NCBI RefSeq assembly: GCF_006345805.1
Contig: NC_043009.1
Coordinates: 69,130,001-69,194,000, forward strand
Origin: Octopus sinensis
Taxonomy: Eukaryota
DNA length: 64,000 bases
Direction: 5' to 3'
In this document: positions 26,481 through 39,823 of the stretch, one piece after another
Numbering within the stretch: the first letter of the stretch is position 1
How the letters are laid out: the number at the start of each line of letters is the position of its first letter
Translations under genes and position numbers: made by a program
Notes under the pieces: model-generated
What the model was told of the DNA's origin: nothing
The model's input: the letters and a program-made list of their open reading frames with translations, nothing else
The model's database searches: none

Positions 26481-27419
26481 ACAAAAAAATAGAAGAAGCA
26501 CCAAAGAGAGAGGGTGGGAGACAGGATTTGACCAGTTCCTCATGATAAGACTGTGAGCCACAATTCTTCCATTCCACATCCCCCCCCACCCTCTCTTGAC
26601 CCCTTTGCAGAAACTACTTAAAGCTCCTGTCTTCGGACCCTGAGCTCAGATCAGCCCAAGCTGCTGCTGCGAAAGGTAAGCAAAACTTTTAGTTATTATT
26701 GACTTATGAAAGAGTTGTGCAGTCAAAATGAATTCTTGGGGCATCAAACGCTGTCTGTTTGAACAGCCTCACTTGTTATAAGCTGCACCATCTGTTGCAA
26801 AGTCTGGGGTGCAAAATGTGTTATGAATTTGTTTTACTCTTTCACTTTTCAACAATTCATCCCAACATTTACAATTTTTCTAGTCATTTTCTTTCTTTTT
26901 CTTTTTCTTTTTGATTGAATCAGTCGTCGTCTCTCACTTGCAGTGTCCTCCAAACACTTGCAGTGTCTTCTTACAATATCTTCTCCCTTGCAGTGTCTTG
27001 TAAACATTTTCTTAAAGAAAACAAGAAAAACAAAAAAAAATATATACATAACGAAACAAACCCCCATCCCCCTGTCTGGAATTTTAGGTTGCTCTTCAGG
27101 GCTGCTATTGTTGTTTAGTCCCTGATCCAATTCTGATCATGCAGACCTATGTTTGAATGCATTCCACCCATGACCATACAGTCTCTTTTTTTGTTTGTCT
27201 TTTCCTTTTGGTGTGATGCTATTCAGGGAGACAAAAGCAGCAAAGTGGCAGGGTTAGAGTCAGGGTGTCAAACTAACATTTGTTCCAACCCTGCACTCCT
27301 TATGATCGAATCCTACTGGGTCAGTTTTGCTTTCTGTCTTTCTCAGGTTAATAAATAAAGTACCTGTCCATGATGATGGAATGGTGAAAGTGTCAGAGAA
27401 TCAGATGGCATGCCTGGTA

Positions 27420-27663
27420 TTGGGTTGCTGCATAATTATTGTGGCATTTTTTAAACAAATTTTATTCAACAAAAACAATAACAACATATAACAAAAACAT
27501 CTTTAAATGATTATTCTGGAGCATATTCACCATCTACTTCAATTACTGCTTCCCATTTACTTGGCAGACGATCAGACCATCATTTAAAGCTGGTTTTGTC
27601 AAATATTGTTTTTATTGAATAAAATTTGTTGTAAAAAGCCACAATAATTATGCACCAACCCAA
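27420..27663. mobile_element. Mariner-derived MITE with TA flanks
   Basis: TIRs ttgggttgctgcataattattgtggc / gccacaataattatgcaccaacccaa. An inverted sister copy lies at 40393-40624. Confidence 0.8.
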
Positions 27664-27898
27664 TAGTCTCTGTTCCAACTCTATATATTCCGAGCTTGAA
27701 TCTTACCTTGAGTAACTTGAGGGAGGGGGAAAAAAAGCCAAAACTGTGATGCTTTTGTCAGGAATTGTATTGGCAATTGAAGAACTGTGAAACTTTAGTT
27801 CCTTGGTTCAGTTTAAAGATTGTCTGAATAGGAACGAAGTGTAATACTAACATGTCCTTTCCACTTTTAAAATAGTAGGATATGGCTTGAATGATATA

Positions 27899-27965
27899 CA
27901 GTAGTTCCCCGGTATTCGCAGGGGTTACGTTCCTAGAGCGCCGGCAAATAGTGAGAAACTGCAAT
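27899..27965. mobile_element. Pogo/Tigger-like terminal fragment
   Basis: ta-cagtagttccccggtattcgcaggggttacgttcc resembles pogo-type TIRs. Confidence 0.4.
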
Positions 27966-28112
27966 TATTGGACGTGGTCCATAAAAATGCCTACAAATGT
28001 CAAAATATAACATAAAATATTTTATATATATATATGATATGAGGGAATATTATTCCAAATTTACAGGGAAAAATTCAATTTAGAAATACTAAATCAAATT
28101 TCACAAAATTTA

Positions 28113-28407
28113 ATATATATATATAAATTAGAAAAAAAACACCTTTTATCAATTCAATAATGAAAACTTAAATTATACCATTTAGAAAAATTACATCTTA
28201 TAGAAAGATTAAATATAAGATAAAACATATAACAATGATTAAGTAATATGCAAAATAGTAAATAAAACTTATATATTTGGTATTTTGTATATTACTTAAT
28301 CATTGTTATGTGTTTTATCGTATATTTAATCTTTCTATAAGATGTAATTTTTCTAAATGGTATAATTTAATTTTTCATTATTGAATTGATAAAAGGTGGG
28401 GTTTTTT

Positions 28408-28430
<23 letters not shown>
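28113..28430. repeat. AT-rich imperfect inverted repeat (MITE or foldback); related arm at ~59165-59325
   Basis: Arms of ~145 bp are clearly complementary, with scattered mismatches. Confidence 0.7.
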
Positions 28431-28444
<14 letters not shown>

Positions 28445-28445
<1 letters not shown>

Positions 28446-28646
28446 TCTTTACTTGTTTCAGTCATTTGATTGTGGCCATGCTGGAGCACCGCCTTTAATC
28501 TAGCAAATCGACCCCGGGACTTATTCTTTTTGTAAGCCCAGTACTTATTCTATCGGGCTCTTTTGCTGAACCGCTAAGTAATGGGGACATAAACACACCA
28601 CCATCGGTTGTCAAGCAATGCTAGAGGGACAAACACAGACACACAA

Positions 28647-28691
<45 letters not shown>

Positions 28692-28854
28692 TATGACAGG
28701 CCTCTTTCAGTTTCCGTCTACCAAATCCACTCACAAGGCTTTGGTCGGCCCAAGGCTATAGTAGAAGACACTTGCCCAAGGTGCCACGTAGTGAGACTGA
28801 ACCCGGAACCATGTGGTTGGTGGACAAGCTACTTACCACACAGCCACTCCTGCG

Positions 28855-28857
<3 letters not shown>
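28445..28857 (-). mobile_element. SINE family A
   Basis: Full-length match to the family. Confidence 0.85.
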
Positions 28858-28891
<34 letters not shown>

Positions 28892-29316
28892 ATTATTGTT
28901 GTATTTAGGAATGGTCATTTTGCCACTTGAGCCAATATAAACACACGCACTATATATTTGGTGTTACTTTGCTTCAGTGTTATTCATTTTTTACATTAAT
29001 CTTAATCTTATTTCGGCCAGTCTTCAGAGGTCTCAGTCTTCATCATTTCCTCTGTGAGGCCCCACCGGCACAGGTATCACACACACACACACACACACAC
29101 ATACACAATTTTCACTGGTTCTTCAGTTAATTACCATAATATAGTAGAGAAAAAAATCCAAACTTAAAATGTTATAATTTTAATATATAAATATTAAAGG
29201 AAATAAAGAAATACAGTTGATATATCAAAAATTTATTAACATTATTGTATAATATAATTATATTATAAAAAGATATAATATAATATAATATAAAAAATAA
29301 TCAAAACAAATATATA

Positions 29317-29394
29317 TCCTGCAATTTGTTTCGATTCATATCCAGTTGTGAATTTATAAAAATTCACATATATGCATATGAGTCTCATCAGGGT
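29317..29394 (-). ncRNA. Degenerate hammerhead ribozyme-like motif (Penelope type)
   Basis: Minus strand: CC-CTGATGA-GACTCATAT...ATATGAATC-GAAA-CAAATTG-CA-GG. The core is intact except the U16.1 position. Confidence 0.45.
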
Positions 29395-29489
29395 AATATT
29401 TGTCTAAAAAAATAGACAAAAATCTCATGCAAGGACTGCTAAATCATAAAACAGAGTCTATCTTATGTAGAGGTATGCACACACACACA

Positions 29490-29960
29490 CACACACACAC
29501 ACATTCTTATTTCTTTATTATCCACAAGGGGCTAAACACAGAGAGGACAAACAAAGACAGACAAACGGATTAAGTCGATTACATCAACTCCAGTGTGTAA
29601 CTGGTACTTATTTAATCGACCCCGAAAGGATGAAAGGCAAAGTCGACCTCGGCGGAATTTGAACTCAGAATGTAATGGCAGACGAAATACTGCCGAGCAT
29701 TTCGCCCTCAGTGCTAACGATTCTGCCAGCTCGCCGCCTTACACACACTGCCACACACACAGTACAGAGTTATGCATATGCACACACACAGAGCTGCATA
29801 TACAGTGCAGAAGTATGCACACACACACACACACTCTCTCACACACACAGTGCAGAGGTATACATACACACATACACTCTCTCACACACACAGCCACACA
29901 CACAGTGCAGAGATAAACACACACACACACTCTCTCTCACACACAGATGCACATATATCA
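29490..29960 (-). mobile_element. SINE family B copy followed by a CA-rich cryptic satellite
   Basis: Family B body; then repeats of acacacacagtgcagag. Confidence 0.75.
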
Positions 29961-30234
29961 ATATGCGTACGTATATGTGCATGTATATGTTTATATAACT
30001 ATATGATGACCTCCCCCATTAAAGACAACGTACGAGTGTTCAGCTTTTGCTGAATTACCTGCACAGGTGATTTGTTATACCTATACTCCACGGCAGAAAT
30101 GTTAAGACTGATTTTTCTGGTGATGTAAAGCACTCGTGGCAGTGTCACATAAAAGCGTCCATTTGGTGCCATGTAAAAGGACTTGTCCCAAACTTTGGCA
30201 TCGAGAGTTACACAAATACTAGAACTGGGTGCCA

Positions 30235-30590
30235 CTGCATAGTGCCAAGGACTCCAAATTTGCCATCAAGATGTAGGACAAGATACTGTGATAGCCTGGG
30301 CTTCAGAGGTCCACAGCTCTTCAATATCCTCCCGAAGGACCTGAGAGACCTGCATGGGGTGGATGCAGATGTCTTCAAAATAAAGCTGGACCTCTTCCTG
30401 TCAGGTGTCCCAGATGAACCAACTTCACGGCAGGAGGTGCAGATGAGGGCAGCTGCATCAAACTCTCTTATGCACCAAATGGCAATTGCTAAAAAGCATT
30501 CGTGGGGTAAAATCATGTAGCAACACCGAATGGCGGTGCCCCAGCATGGCCACAGCTCATGAGCTGAAACTAAATGAAATGAAAAAAATA
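30235..30590 (+). mobile_element. CR1/L2-group LINE 3' end
   Basis: SLGFRGPQLFNILPKDLRDL..DVFKIKLDLFLSGVPDEP is a typical ORF2 C-terminus for this group. Confidence 0.6.
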
Positions 30591-30689
30591 ACAAAATGAA
30601 TATGGCAACATGTAGAAGTGACTCTCATGTGGTGCCCCATGAAAGCACCCAACACACCTGTAAAGTGGTCAGCGTTGGTGGTCAGCTGA

Positions 30690-32730
30690 CCTTATAACAG
30701 GGTTGTCATCAAGGCATACCAAACCGTTTCTTCCTCATCATGGTTCTTTCTCAGCAGTGCCACCATAATGAAGGTTATGGAGAGGGTCATTAGGCAGAGA
30801 GTTAGTTTAGATGAGATGCAGTTTGGGTTCGCTCCAGGGAAAAGCACCACTGTTGCTATATTTCTGATAAGACAGTTGCAGGAGAAATACCTAGCCAAAG
30901 ATTAATCTCTGTACTTGGCTTTCATTGACATGGAGAAAGCCTTTGACAGGGTCCCCCGATCCCTTATCTGGTGGGCAATGAGGAAACTAGGGATACATGA
31001 ATGGTTAGTGAGAGCTGTGCAAGTCACGTACAGAGACGCTGTCAATAAGGTGAGGGTTGGCAATGAGTACAGTGAAGAATTCCAGGTAGAGGTAGGGGTC
31101 CACCAAGGTTCAGTCCTCAGCCCCCTCCTATTTATCATAGTCCTCCAGGCAATAACAGAGGAATTCAAGACAGGATGCCCCTGGGAGCTCCTCTATGCTG
31201 ATAACCTTGCTCTAATTGCTGAGTCACTATCAGAACTGGAGGAGAAGTTTCAAGTGTGGAAACAAGGATTAGAATCGAAGGGCCTTAAAATCAACCTAGC
31301 TAAAACCAAAGTCCTAATAAGTAAGGCAGGTAAATCCCAAATCCATTCAGGTAGATGGCCCTGCTCGATCTGTAGTAGAGGCGTAGGTAGAAGCTCTATA
31401 AGATGTACCCAGTGTAAGCTATGGACACATAAGAGGTGCAGTAATATCAAAGGAAGGCTAACTGGGAAGATAGTTTTGTATGTGACAGATGCTCGGGAGT
31501 GATAAACACTGAAAATGTGCAGAGACCAACTTCTGCCACATTCCAGGGAGAAAAACTAGACGTAGTTGATAGCTTGGGTTATCTAGGTGACCAAGTCAGT
31601 AGCGAAGGAAGGTGTGCTGAAAGTGTAGCTGCTAGAATTAGAATAGCTTGGGCAAAGTTCAGAGAGCTCTTACCTCTGCTGGTGACAAAGGGCCTCTCAC
31701 TCAGAGTAAAAGGTAGACTGTATGATGCATGTGTACGAACAGCCATGCTACATGGCTGTGAAACATGGGCTGTGAATGCTGAGGATATGTGTAAGCACAC
31801 AAGGAATGAAGCCAGTATGATCTGATGGATGTATAATGTCAGTGTGCATACACGACAGAGTGTAAGTACCTTGAGAGAAAAGTTGGACCTAAGAAGCATC
31901 AGTTGTGGTGTGCAAGAGAGACGTTTGCACTGGTATGGTCATGTGGTGAGAATGGATGAGGATAGCTGTGTGAAAAAGTGCCAATCCTAGTGGTTGAGGG
32001 AACCTGTGGACGACGTAGACCCAGGAAGACCTGGGACGAAGTGGTGAAGCACGACCTTCGAACATTAGGCCTCACCGAGGCAATGACTAGTGACCGAGAC
32101 CTTTGGAAATATGCTGTACTTGAGAAGACCCAGCAAGCCAAGTGAGACCATAACCCGTGGCCTATGCCAGGGGTGTAACCAACCCACTTATGCATACCTT
32201 TCCTTCATTGGACACTAAACTCTGCTTGCGAAGACCTGTTGAGACAAATGAAATTGAAATTAAATCAAATTCGATGACTGGCTCCTGTGCCAGTGGAGCA
32301 CTAAGAGCACCATCCGAGTGTGATCGTTGCCAGAGCAGCTTCCATGCCGGTGGCATGTAAAAAGCACCATTCGAGTGTGATCGTTACCATTGTTGCCTTA
32401 CAGGCACTTGTGCCGGTGGCATGTGAAAAGACATTCGAGCGAGGTCATTGCCAGTGCTACTGGACAGGCTCCTGTGCAGGTGGCACATAAAAAACACCAT
32501 TGGAGTGTGGCCATTGCCGCCAGCACCGCCTTACTGGCCCTCGTGCCAGTGGCACATAAAAGCACCCACAACACTCTCAGAGTGGCTGGTGTTAGGAAGG
32601 GCATCCAGCTGTAGAAACTCTGCCAGATCAGACTGAAGCCTGGTGCAGCCATCAGGTTCGCCAGTCCTCAGTCACATCGTCCAACCCATGCTAGCATGGA
32701 AAGTGGATGTTAAACGATGATGATGATGAG
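30690..32730 (+). mobile_element. 5'-truncated RTE LINE (RT region with stops and frameshifts, 3'UTR with ~50-bp subrepeats, (GAT)n tail)
   Basis: AFIDMEKAFDRVP, GVHQGSVLSPLLF, LLYADNL (YADD degenerate), a Cys-rich WPCSIC..CTQC..WTHKRC insert, and YLGDQVS. Confidence 0.92.
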
Positions 32731-33793
32731 GAGGAGGAGGAGGAGGAGGAAGAGAAAATACTTTTAAAAAATAAATAAGTAATAATGAAAAAGAGGACAA
32801 AAACAAATAAAATCTCTTGCATATGGTGTACAGGTTTTACTCCTTCAGACTTGCAGTTGAGGCTAGGCTTCTTGTATGTAGACAGACTCTGTGACTTGCC
32901 TTAACGTAGTATCAGAGGCATAGACAAGCCATTATGGTAATCTAGTACATGTTGGTAGAAAACCAAAGTCTCTTTTAAACATAACTATTCCAATATTTTC
33001 CTAAATCTGTCTCTAATACTTCTTTCCATTTATCCTTTGGTTACTGAAAGAAACTGAATAATTTCTTTGAATTTATTGCATTTTCTGTTATTTAATCTCC
33101 AATTCTCCTTTCAAAAATATTGATAAAATATTAGACAAAAGTATGTTAAAGATTACAGTTTAAAGTTTGTAGAATTTTTGTTTTAACTTTCTAAAATATG
33201 GATGGCTATGTGGTTCTGATTTGATCTTGAGCATCAATAATGGCAAGTGTCTTCTACCAAGAACTTCTTTGTGAGATCCATGGTGGCTTTTTCTGCAGTT
33301 TCAGTGATGGCGTATATGATCCATTGCCACCACCACTGCATCAATGATTCCAAGCCTAGCCATGGCTTTGCAGAATCAGCATCTTCCAAACCTCAAGCAT
33401 CCACATCAGCAGAAGTCTAGATGCCCGATTCTAATCTGTAAATGTTGTGGCTTGCTCTCCAATAAGCAAGAACAATAGAGTCCATTGATTTGCCAGGGAG
33501 CTGATACTGCTGCTAAGATGGCCCAGTTTAAAGGGACATTTGACTGCTATTTCTAACAGATCAAGTGAATGTGTTGAAGCTCCTGTTTTGACTAATTGAT
33601 TTTGTCATATCTTCAATGTTAAAATAAGGTCATTTCATATCAAGTTTATCAAGTTTGACTCTGAAGACAGGCAGGGTGCTCGTTAGTTGTCAGTGAATAT
33701 CTTATATTAACACAAAGTTAAGAATATGTATAAAAGAGTAATTAGATTAATTAACAGTCTTATGGTAAAGGGACATTGACAGCATGTTTAAGC

Positions 33794-34228
33794 AGGCGTA
33801 GGAGTGGCTGCGTGGTAAGTAGCTTTCTTACCAACCACATGGTTCCGGGTTCAGTCCCACTGCATGGCACCTTGGGCAAGTATCTTCTACTATAGCCTTG
33901 GGCCGACCAAAGCCTTATGAGTGGATTTCGTAGATGGAAACTGAAAGATGGCCATCATATATATGTGTATGTATATATATATATATATAATATATATATA
34001 TATATACATATGCATGTGTGTGCGTATGTGTTTCTGTGTCTGTGTTTGTCCCCCCAACATCGCTTGACAACCGATGCTGGTGTGTTTACGTCCCAGTGAC
34101 TTAGCAGTTCAGCAAAAAAAACCGATAGAATAAGTACTAGGCTTACAAAAAATAAGTCCTGGGGTCAATTTGCTCAACTAAAGGCGGTGCTCCAGCATGG
34201 CCACATTCAGATGACTGAAACAAGTAAA
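33794..34228 (+). mobile_element. SINE family A
   Basis: tRNA-like head ggcgtaggagtggctgcgtggtaag...ggttcagtccc. Confidence 0.85.
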
Positions 34229-34454
34229 AAGGTAAAAAAAAAAAGTAATTAAAAAGGTGGGTCTCGACATTTGTGGAGATGCATGTTTTAGTGTGGCGCT
34301 TTCAGTAACAAGATCATGGTTTTCATTCCCAGACTGGTGGTGTGTTGTATCCTTCAGCAAAACACTAAATTTCACATTGCTTCTGTTATTCAACAGATGT
34401 AATTGATTAGTCTCCTCCCACCAAGTTTGAGGCCTTGTGCCTCCAGTAGATAGG

Positions 34455-34830
<376 letters not shown>

Positions 34831-35199
34831 ATCCTCTTCTTTCAATTTTGATTCTATTTCTTGCTGAGTGTCTTCCCGGCATCTAGGGCAAAGAAATTAA
34901 CTGTATATATTGGTAGGCCATTAAAATAAGCACATTAGATTGTTAATTTACAAAGTCATGTGGCAGAAAAAAGGGGAAGAAAGAAAGAAGAAAAAATTTT
35001 TTTAAATATGAAAAATAAAAAAATCTAGAAAACAAAGAAAATAAAGGGGAAAAAAAGGAAAAAAAATTCACAGCAACAATGCTCTTCTTAATACATGTGG
35101 GTTACTAGTTAAGACAATCTTTTGCACTTCTTGCATAGATGGCAACGCCAGAGATCATCCTTGAAAATTTTCAGTTCCTTTTTTTGATCATTTCAAGTG

Positions 35200-35710
35200 T
35201 TTCTACCAATCATTGGTAAAAAGAGTCAAGAACCCCTTCAGTCACAAATGACCTGGGGATTGCACCTAGAAAGTTCTCCAATTCAAGACAACATTGTTTA
35301 TAGAAGACCAGCAGTCACCCATGCATACCAGCCTTCCCTTTCCATGCCATTATATATACATAGGGTAAAGGGTAAAGACTCCCTTTGGTCATCAATGACC
35401 ATGGGTATGCACCTAGAAACTTCCTCTCTGAGGCACAATCCAGGCAAGGTTGTTCATGAAAGACCAGCAGTCGCCCATGCATACCAGACTCCCCTCTCCA
35501 CACCACCGATGTTATCCAAGGGAAAGCAAAGGGGCCGATACGGTTTGGCACCTGTGATGTCACAACTCATTTCTACAGCTGAGTGAACTGGAGCAATGTG
35601 AAATAAAGTGTCTTGCTCAAGAACACAATACACAGCCCAGTCCAGGAATCGAACTCAATACCTCATGATTATAAACCCAATGCTCAACCACTGAGCCATG
35701 CACCTTCACA
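35200..35710 (-). mobile_element. tRNA-derived SINE (third family) with an internal tandem duplication; related copy at ~52490-52750
   Basis: Minus-strand head ggtgcatggctcagtggttgagc...gagttcgattcctgg. Duplicated agaccagcagtc.cccatgcataccag. Confidence 0.7.
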
Positions 35711-35899
35711 CAATCACTAGTATAGCAATTGTATATTGATCATCTTGAGACCCTTGAAGATACTGGCCAAAAGGAGCCACGCAATGGCATAGAACCCAAA
35801 ACAGCAAGGTTAGAAAGCAAATTCCATGTCAATACAGCCATGGTTACCTAAATAGCCATACGGGCATCTTTTCAGCATGGAAATATTGTGTTCAGTTCA

Positions 35900-36620
35900 A
35901 ATTACATTTTAATATTACCATATTGAACGATTTACGGCAAATTTTGTTTTTCTATTTACGAAAATATTTCTTCGGATTCTGTTACATCCGCCCAGAATCT
36001 ACCAAAATCATTTCCAGCCAAGAACTTTCTCTCATCTTAATCGAATTTATCCAAGAAATTATAATGCTACAAGGAAGAGTAAGTATTTATAGTGTTTAAA
36101 TGGATATAAAATATTTTCAGGACGGATCTTCGGAATAACTGTTCGGGCAATGAAAAGAGCAAAGAATCGGGAAGGCTTTTGTCTTCGTCATTTCAATATT
36201 TTACGATTCTCCGCCAAAATTTCGATCAGAATCAGAATTTCCTTTCTATCAAACACAGAAATACTAGGAAAAAGTGCGCTGGCTTTCGAAATAGCTATCG
36301 CAAATAAAAGGGAATTGCTCAGAGATTTCTTTTTTTTAGCATTTTTCACCATTTTATAGAATCTCACTTCACAAAACAAGATATTAATCACCTTCTTAAA
36401 AAACGAAAAAAGAAAAGAAATTGAGTATCTTTGCTTCTTTGGAAATGTCTCAGTCTCTCTGTCCCTCTCAGTTACGCCTTCCGAATAACTGCCACGATTC
36501 ACAGGAATTAATTTCCTTCCCAATTTTCCGTCTCTTCTGAAATATTTACAATTCACATTAGAAATAATACAAAATAACAAAAACTTCCAAATGCACCTCA
36601 CACTTCATCACACCTTTCAC
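35900..36620. promoter_or_regulatory. Repeat-free, CpG-enriched island; possible promoter or first exon
   Basis: Visibly more CG dinucleotides than the flanks. A strong + strand donor GA|GTAAGT lies at 36079. Confidence 0.3.
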
Positions 36621-36774
36621 AATCTGTCGTCTATACTCAAGAAGAAGCCGATCCCCTATTTTGGGCAAAAACTTGGTAATTTTCCATGGATCCTGTATAA
36701 AAGTTGACCCTAGTATTTGACGAGTAACATTTGTGGGTCCAGATGCAGTATAATCCTGTACGTAGAAGTAACTT

Positions 36775-37515
36775 TTTGTTTCATTTCTACTGTAGGCACA
36801 GGGCCCGGAATTTTTTGGGTGGGTGTCAGTCGATTAGATCGAACCAGTACGCAACTGGTATTTAATTTATCGACCCCGAAAGGATGAGAGGCAAAGTGGA
36901 CCTCGGCGGAATTTGAACGTAGGACATAAAGACAGATGAAATGCCTATTTCTTTACTATACACAAGGGGCTAAATACAGAGGGGACAAACAAGGACGGAT
37001 AAACGGATTAAGTCGAGTGTATCAACTCCAGTGCGTAACTGGTACTTATTTAATCGACCCCGAAAGGATGAAAGGCAAAGTCGACCTCGGCGGAATTTGA
37101 ACTCAGAATGTAATGACAAATGAAATACCACTAAGCATTTCACCCGGCATGCTAACATTTCTGCCAGCTCACCGCCTTTTAAAATTTACAACCCATGCCA
37201 GCATGGAAAACAGACGTTAAACGACAACGACGACGACGACGACGAGGAGGAGGAGGAGGAGGAGGAAATTGCTTATACTTCTACAATGCACAAAATATTC
37301 TTTTCTACTCAAGGCACAAAGCCCAAAGCTTTTGGAGAGGGAGCCAGTCGATTTGATCAACCCCAGTACATAACTGGTACTTAATTTATTGACACTAAAA
37401 AGATGAAAGGCAAAGTCAACCTCAGCGGAATTTGAACTCAGACTGTAAAGACAGACAAAATACTGTTAAGCATTTCGCCTGCTGTGCTAACAGTTCTGCC
37501 AGCTGGCCGCCTTTG
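36775..37515 (-). mobile_element. Three SINE family B copies plus an RTE tail
   Basis: Repeated cgaaaggatgaaaggcaaagtcgacctcggcggaatttgaac. Confidence 0.8.
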
Positions 37516-37639
37516 GGACTATGTTTATGTGTAATGTGGAATATTGCATCAAATTTAAAGCATTTGGTCATGTATGGAGGTTCCAGCATCATAGCAAGAG
37601 TCTGTTGAATATTTGTTGTAAGTAGTGAGATTCAGTGTA

Positions 37640-38200
37640 ATAGAATCCCCCCCCCCCCCGCCCCTTGGTTTATGACGGAGGTTGTATAAACCTTCAACAA
37701 GCAAGTTCTTTACAGCAGAAAATAGGGCTTGAAGATATTTGGTATTTGTTCATCCCCATCTTCTCTTCCCTCTATTCCTGGAAGTGTCATTGGGGACAGA
37801 ATCTTCACACCATAAGATCCTATTGAAAGCAACCACCATTACACTTTCCAGCCAGATTTACACGTGTAACCAACTGAGGATATTATCCAAACATCTCATT
37901 CTTGATCTAGTCTTCGGTCTCTTGCCAGTTAGCTTGGCTTGAAGAATCTGGCTTGCGGTTCTTTCCTGCGATATTTTAATTACATGTCCTATAGTATTGA
38001 AGCTGTTATTTCTCAATGGGAAAAAGTAGTGCATTGACCTGGGGAGACTCCCTGATCTCTGAGCTATGCACCTTTATTGAGTAACACCAATCCTGAGATC
38101 CTTTGGAGGAACTCCATTTGCTTGCATGACAAATATATAGCAGAAATAAAACCCCTGAAAAAATGACACCTGCCATTGTCGAGGAGACCTTTTGAGTGAA
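37640..38200 (-). mobile_element. Decayed RTE-type LINE fragment
   Basis: Minus-strand ILQAKLTGKRPKTRSRMRCLDNI resembles the RTE C-terminus. Confidence 0.45.
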
Positions 38201-39279
38201 GTACATCAACCTCAAATGAAATCAAATCACAATCAAATGGAAATTGTAGTTGTGGTCCCCGTGCCAGTGGCACATAAAAAGCATGAGGTCGATGCCAGCC
38301 CCCTCGCCCCCAAGTTTTCATTTTTTCCCCCAATTTAATACTGAGTTGAGCAGAGTTTAGCAGTGGTGAAAGTATGTTGCAATGATATTAATTGGATCAT
38401 GTTTATTTGCAATATATTCTGAACATGTTGCATCGTGTTTATTGCTACATGTGTTTATGAGTGAAATGCAATGTGACAGCACAGCTATGTTACTACACCC
38501 AGCTGTCTTCCAACCAATTTCTGGTAATAAATAAAGGTAGACAAGGTGAACTCAATAAAAGTAAGCTGATCAGGATTTCTCCTGGATTTATTAGGTTATG
38601 GCTTACAACCAACGACGACAGACTGGCAACGCTGTTCTGATTTGAAAACGAAAATTTATTTCAAGGTTACAGCCAGCAGTAAATTGTTAATTGGCAAAAT
38701 CTTAGACCAAAAGAACAATATACATTTTATTGTGAGAACTATAGGTAAATAGAAATATCATTTTGTATTCTCTTGTCTATATCTGTTGGTGTGTATGTGT
38801 GTGTGTGTTTGTTTGTCTGTGAGCGTGGGCATATTTTTATGGTTTCATATATCGACCAAAGAAATCAATTTCCTCTAGGTTACAAGATCTTCGTATTTCT
38901 TCTATTTCTTTAAATTTCAATGTCTTATAAGGTAAATGTTTTATAAAATGAGTTTCGGAGTTTCTTTTGTGGTTTCAACTTTATTTGACCCGCAAAACCT
39001 CTCTCAGAAACATTTCAGAAATTTCTAGTCTCTATGTCTCACAGAAACTGACTAGAAAATGTAATAAGCCATTTCAGTCAATAAATCTTATAGAAAGATT
39101 TTAAAATATTTCAGTCTGTTTATTATCATTTTTAATTAATAGAAGAGGCAATAATGGCTGTGTAATTGAGAGGTTTGGGTTCAGTCCCACTCTATGGCAC
39201 CATGGATAGGTGTCTTCTGCTACAGTATGGGATCAAACAAGTGGATTTGATGTGGATGGAAACTGAAAGAAGCTTGTCA

Positions 39280-39346
<67 letters not shown>

Positions 39347-39440
39347 GTTTTTCTATCAGTCTATCTATTAGTCTATCTATATATCTATCTGTCTGTCTGT
39401 CTATCTATCTGTCTGTCTGTCTGTCTGTCTGTCTATCAGT
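39280..39440. repeat. (CTAT)n/(CTGT)n microsatellite
   Basis: Seen directly in the sequence. Confidence 0.9.
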
Positions 39441-39646
39441 TTGTCTATTTATCTGTATGTCACTCTGTCTGTCAGCGTGTCTACCTTTGTGTGTGTGTCT
39501 GTGTGATCCCATTCGCACTTCTCCATAAATCACTAAACTCCAAAAAGTGATGCATTTACCTTTTTCTCACCTGTCAACAAATAACCAATTACTTTCGCAC
39601 CTTCTGAGATATATGCAACAAGAGATCACTTATCTTTAGAGTAAAA

Positions 39647-39823
39647 ATTATTTGCCAACATAACATGGCAGTCCTGGTTAGGACGAACGTTGCTGTAATT
39701 TAGCCCCAGGAGACATCGTTTCTAGCTGGTTATACGACATGATCTGGAGATGATGTCTCCTGGGGCTAAATTACAGCAACATTCGTCCTAAACCAGGGCT
39801 GCCATGTTATGTTGGCAAATAAT
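39647..39823. repeat. Inverted repeat, ~78-bp arms
   Basis: attatttgccaacataacatggcag... versus ...ctgccatgttatgttggcaaataat, a few mismatches. Confidence 0.85.

Larger units (their letters stand above)
21480..26675 (+). other. Candidate internal exon chain, unidentified. Exons 21480-21572, 22021-22048, 26611-26675
   Basis: Good splice signals and compatible phases (1,1,2,1). Open frame ISNSAGFLRCRFNLIEWKKNENKHQIVILT/DEHQMEESA/ENYLKLLSSDPELRSAQAAAAK. No homology recognised. Confidence 0.3.

Noticed and set aside
26236-26589. Poly-T, poly-V and poly-G ORFs resembling mucin or membrane proteins
   Set aside because: They are translations of a CCA/CAA microsatellite.
32160-32600. CRISPR-like regularly spaced repeats (gtgccggtggca..aaaagcacc)
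   Set aside because: These are subrepeats of the RTE 3'UTR; the context is eukaryotic and there are no cas genes.
36188-36601. Minus-strand 137-aa ORF with a signal-peptide-like start (MRCIWKFLLFC...)
   Set aside because: The start codon is GTG, not ATG, and there is no recognisable domain.
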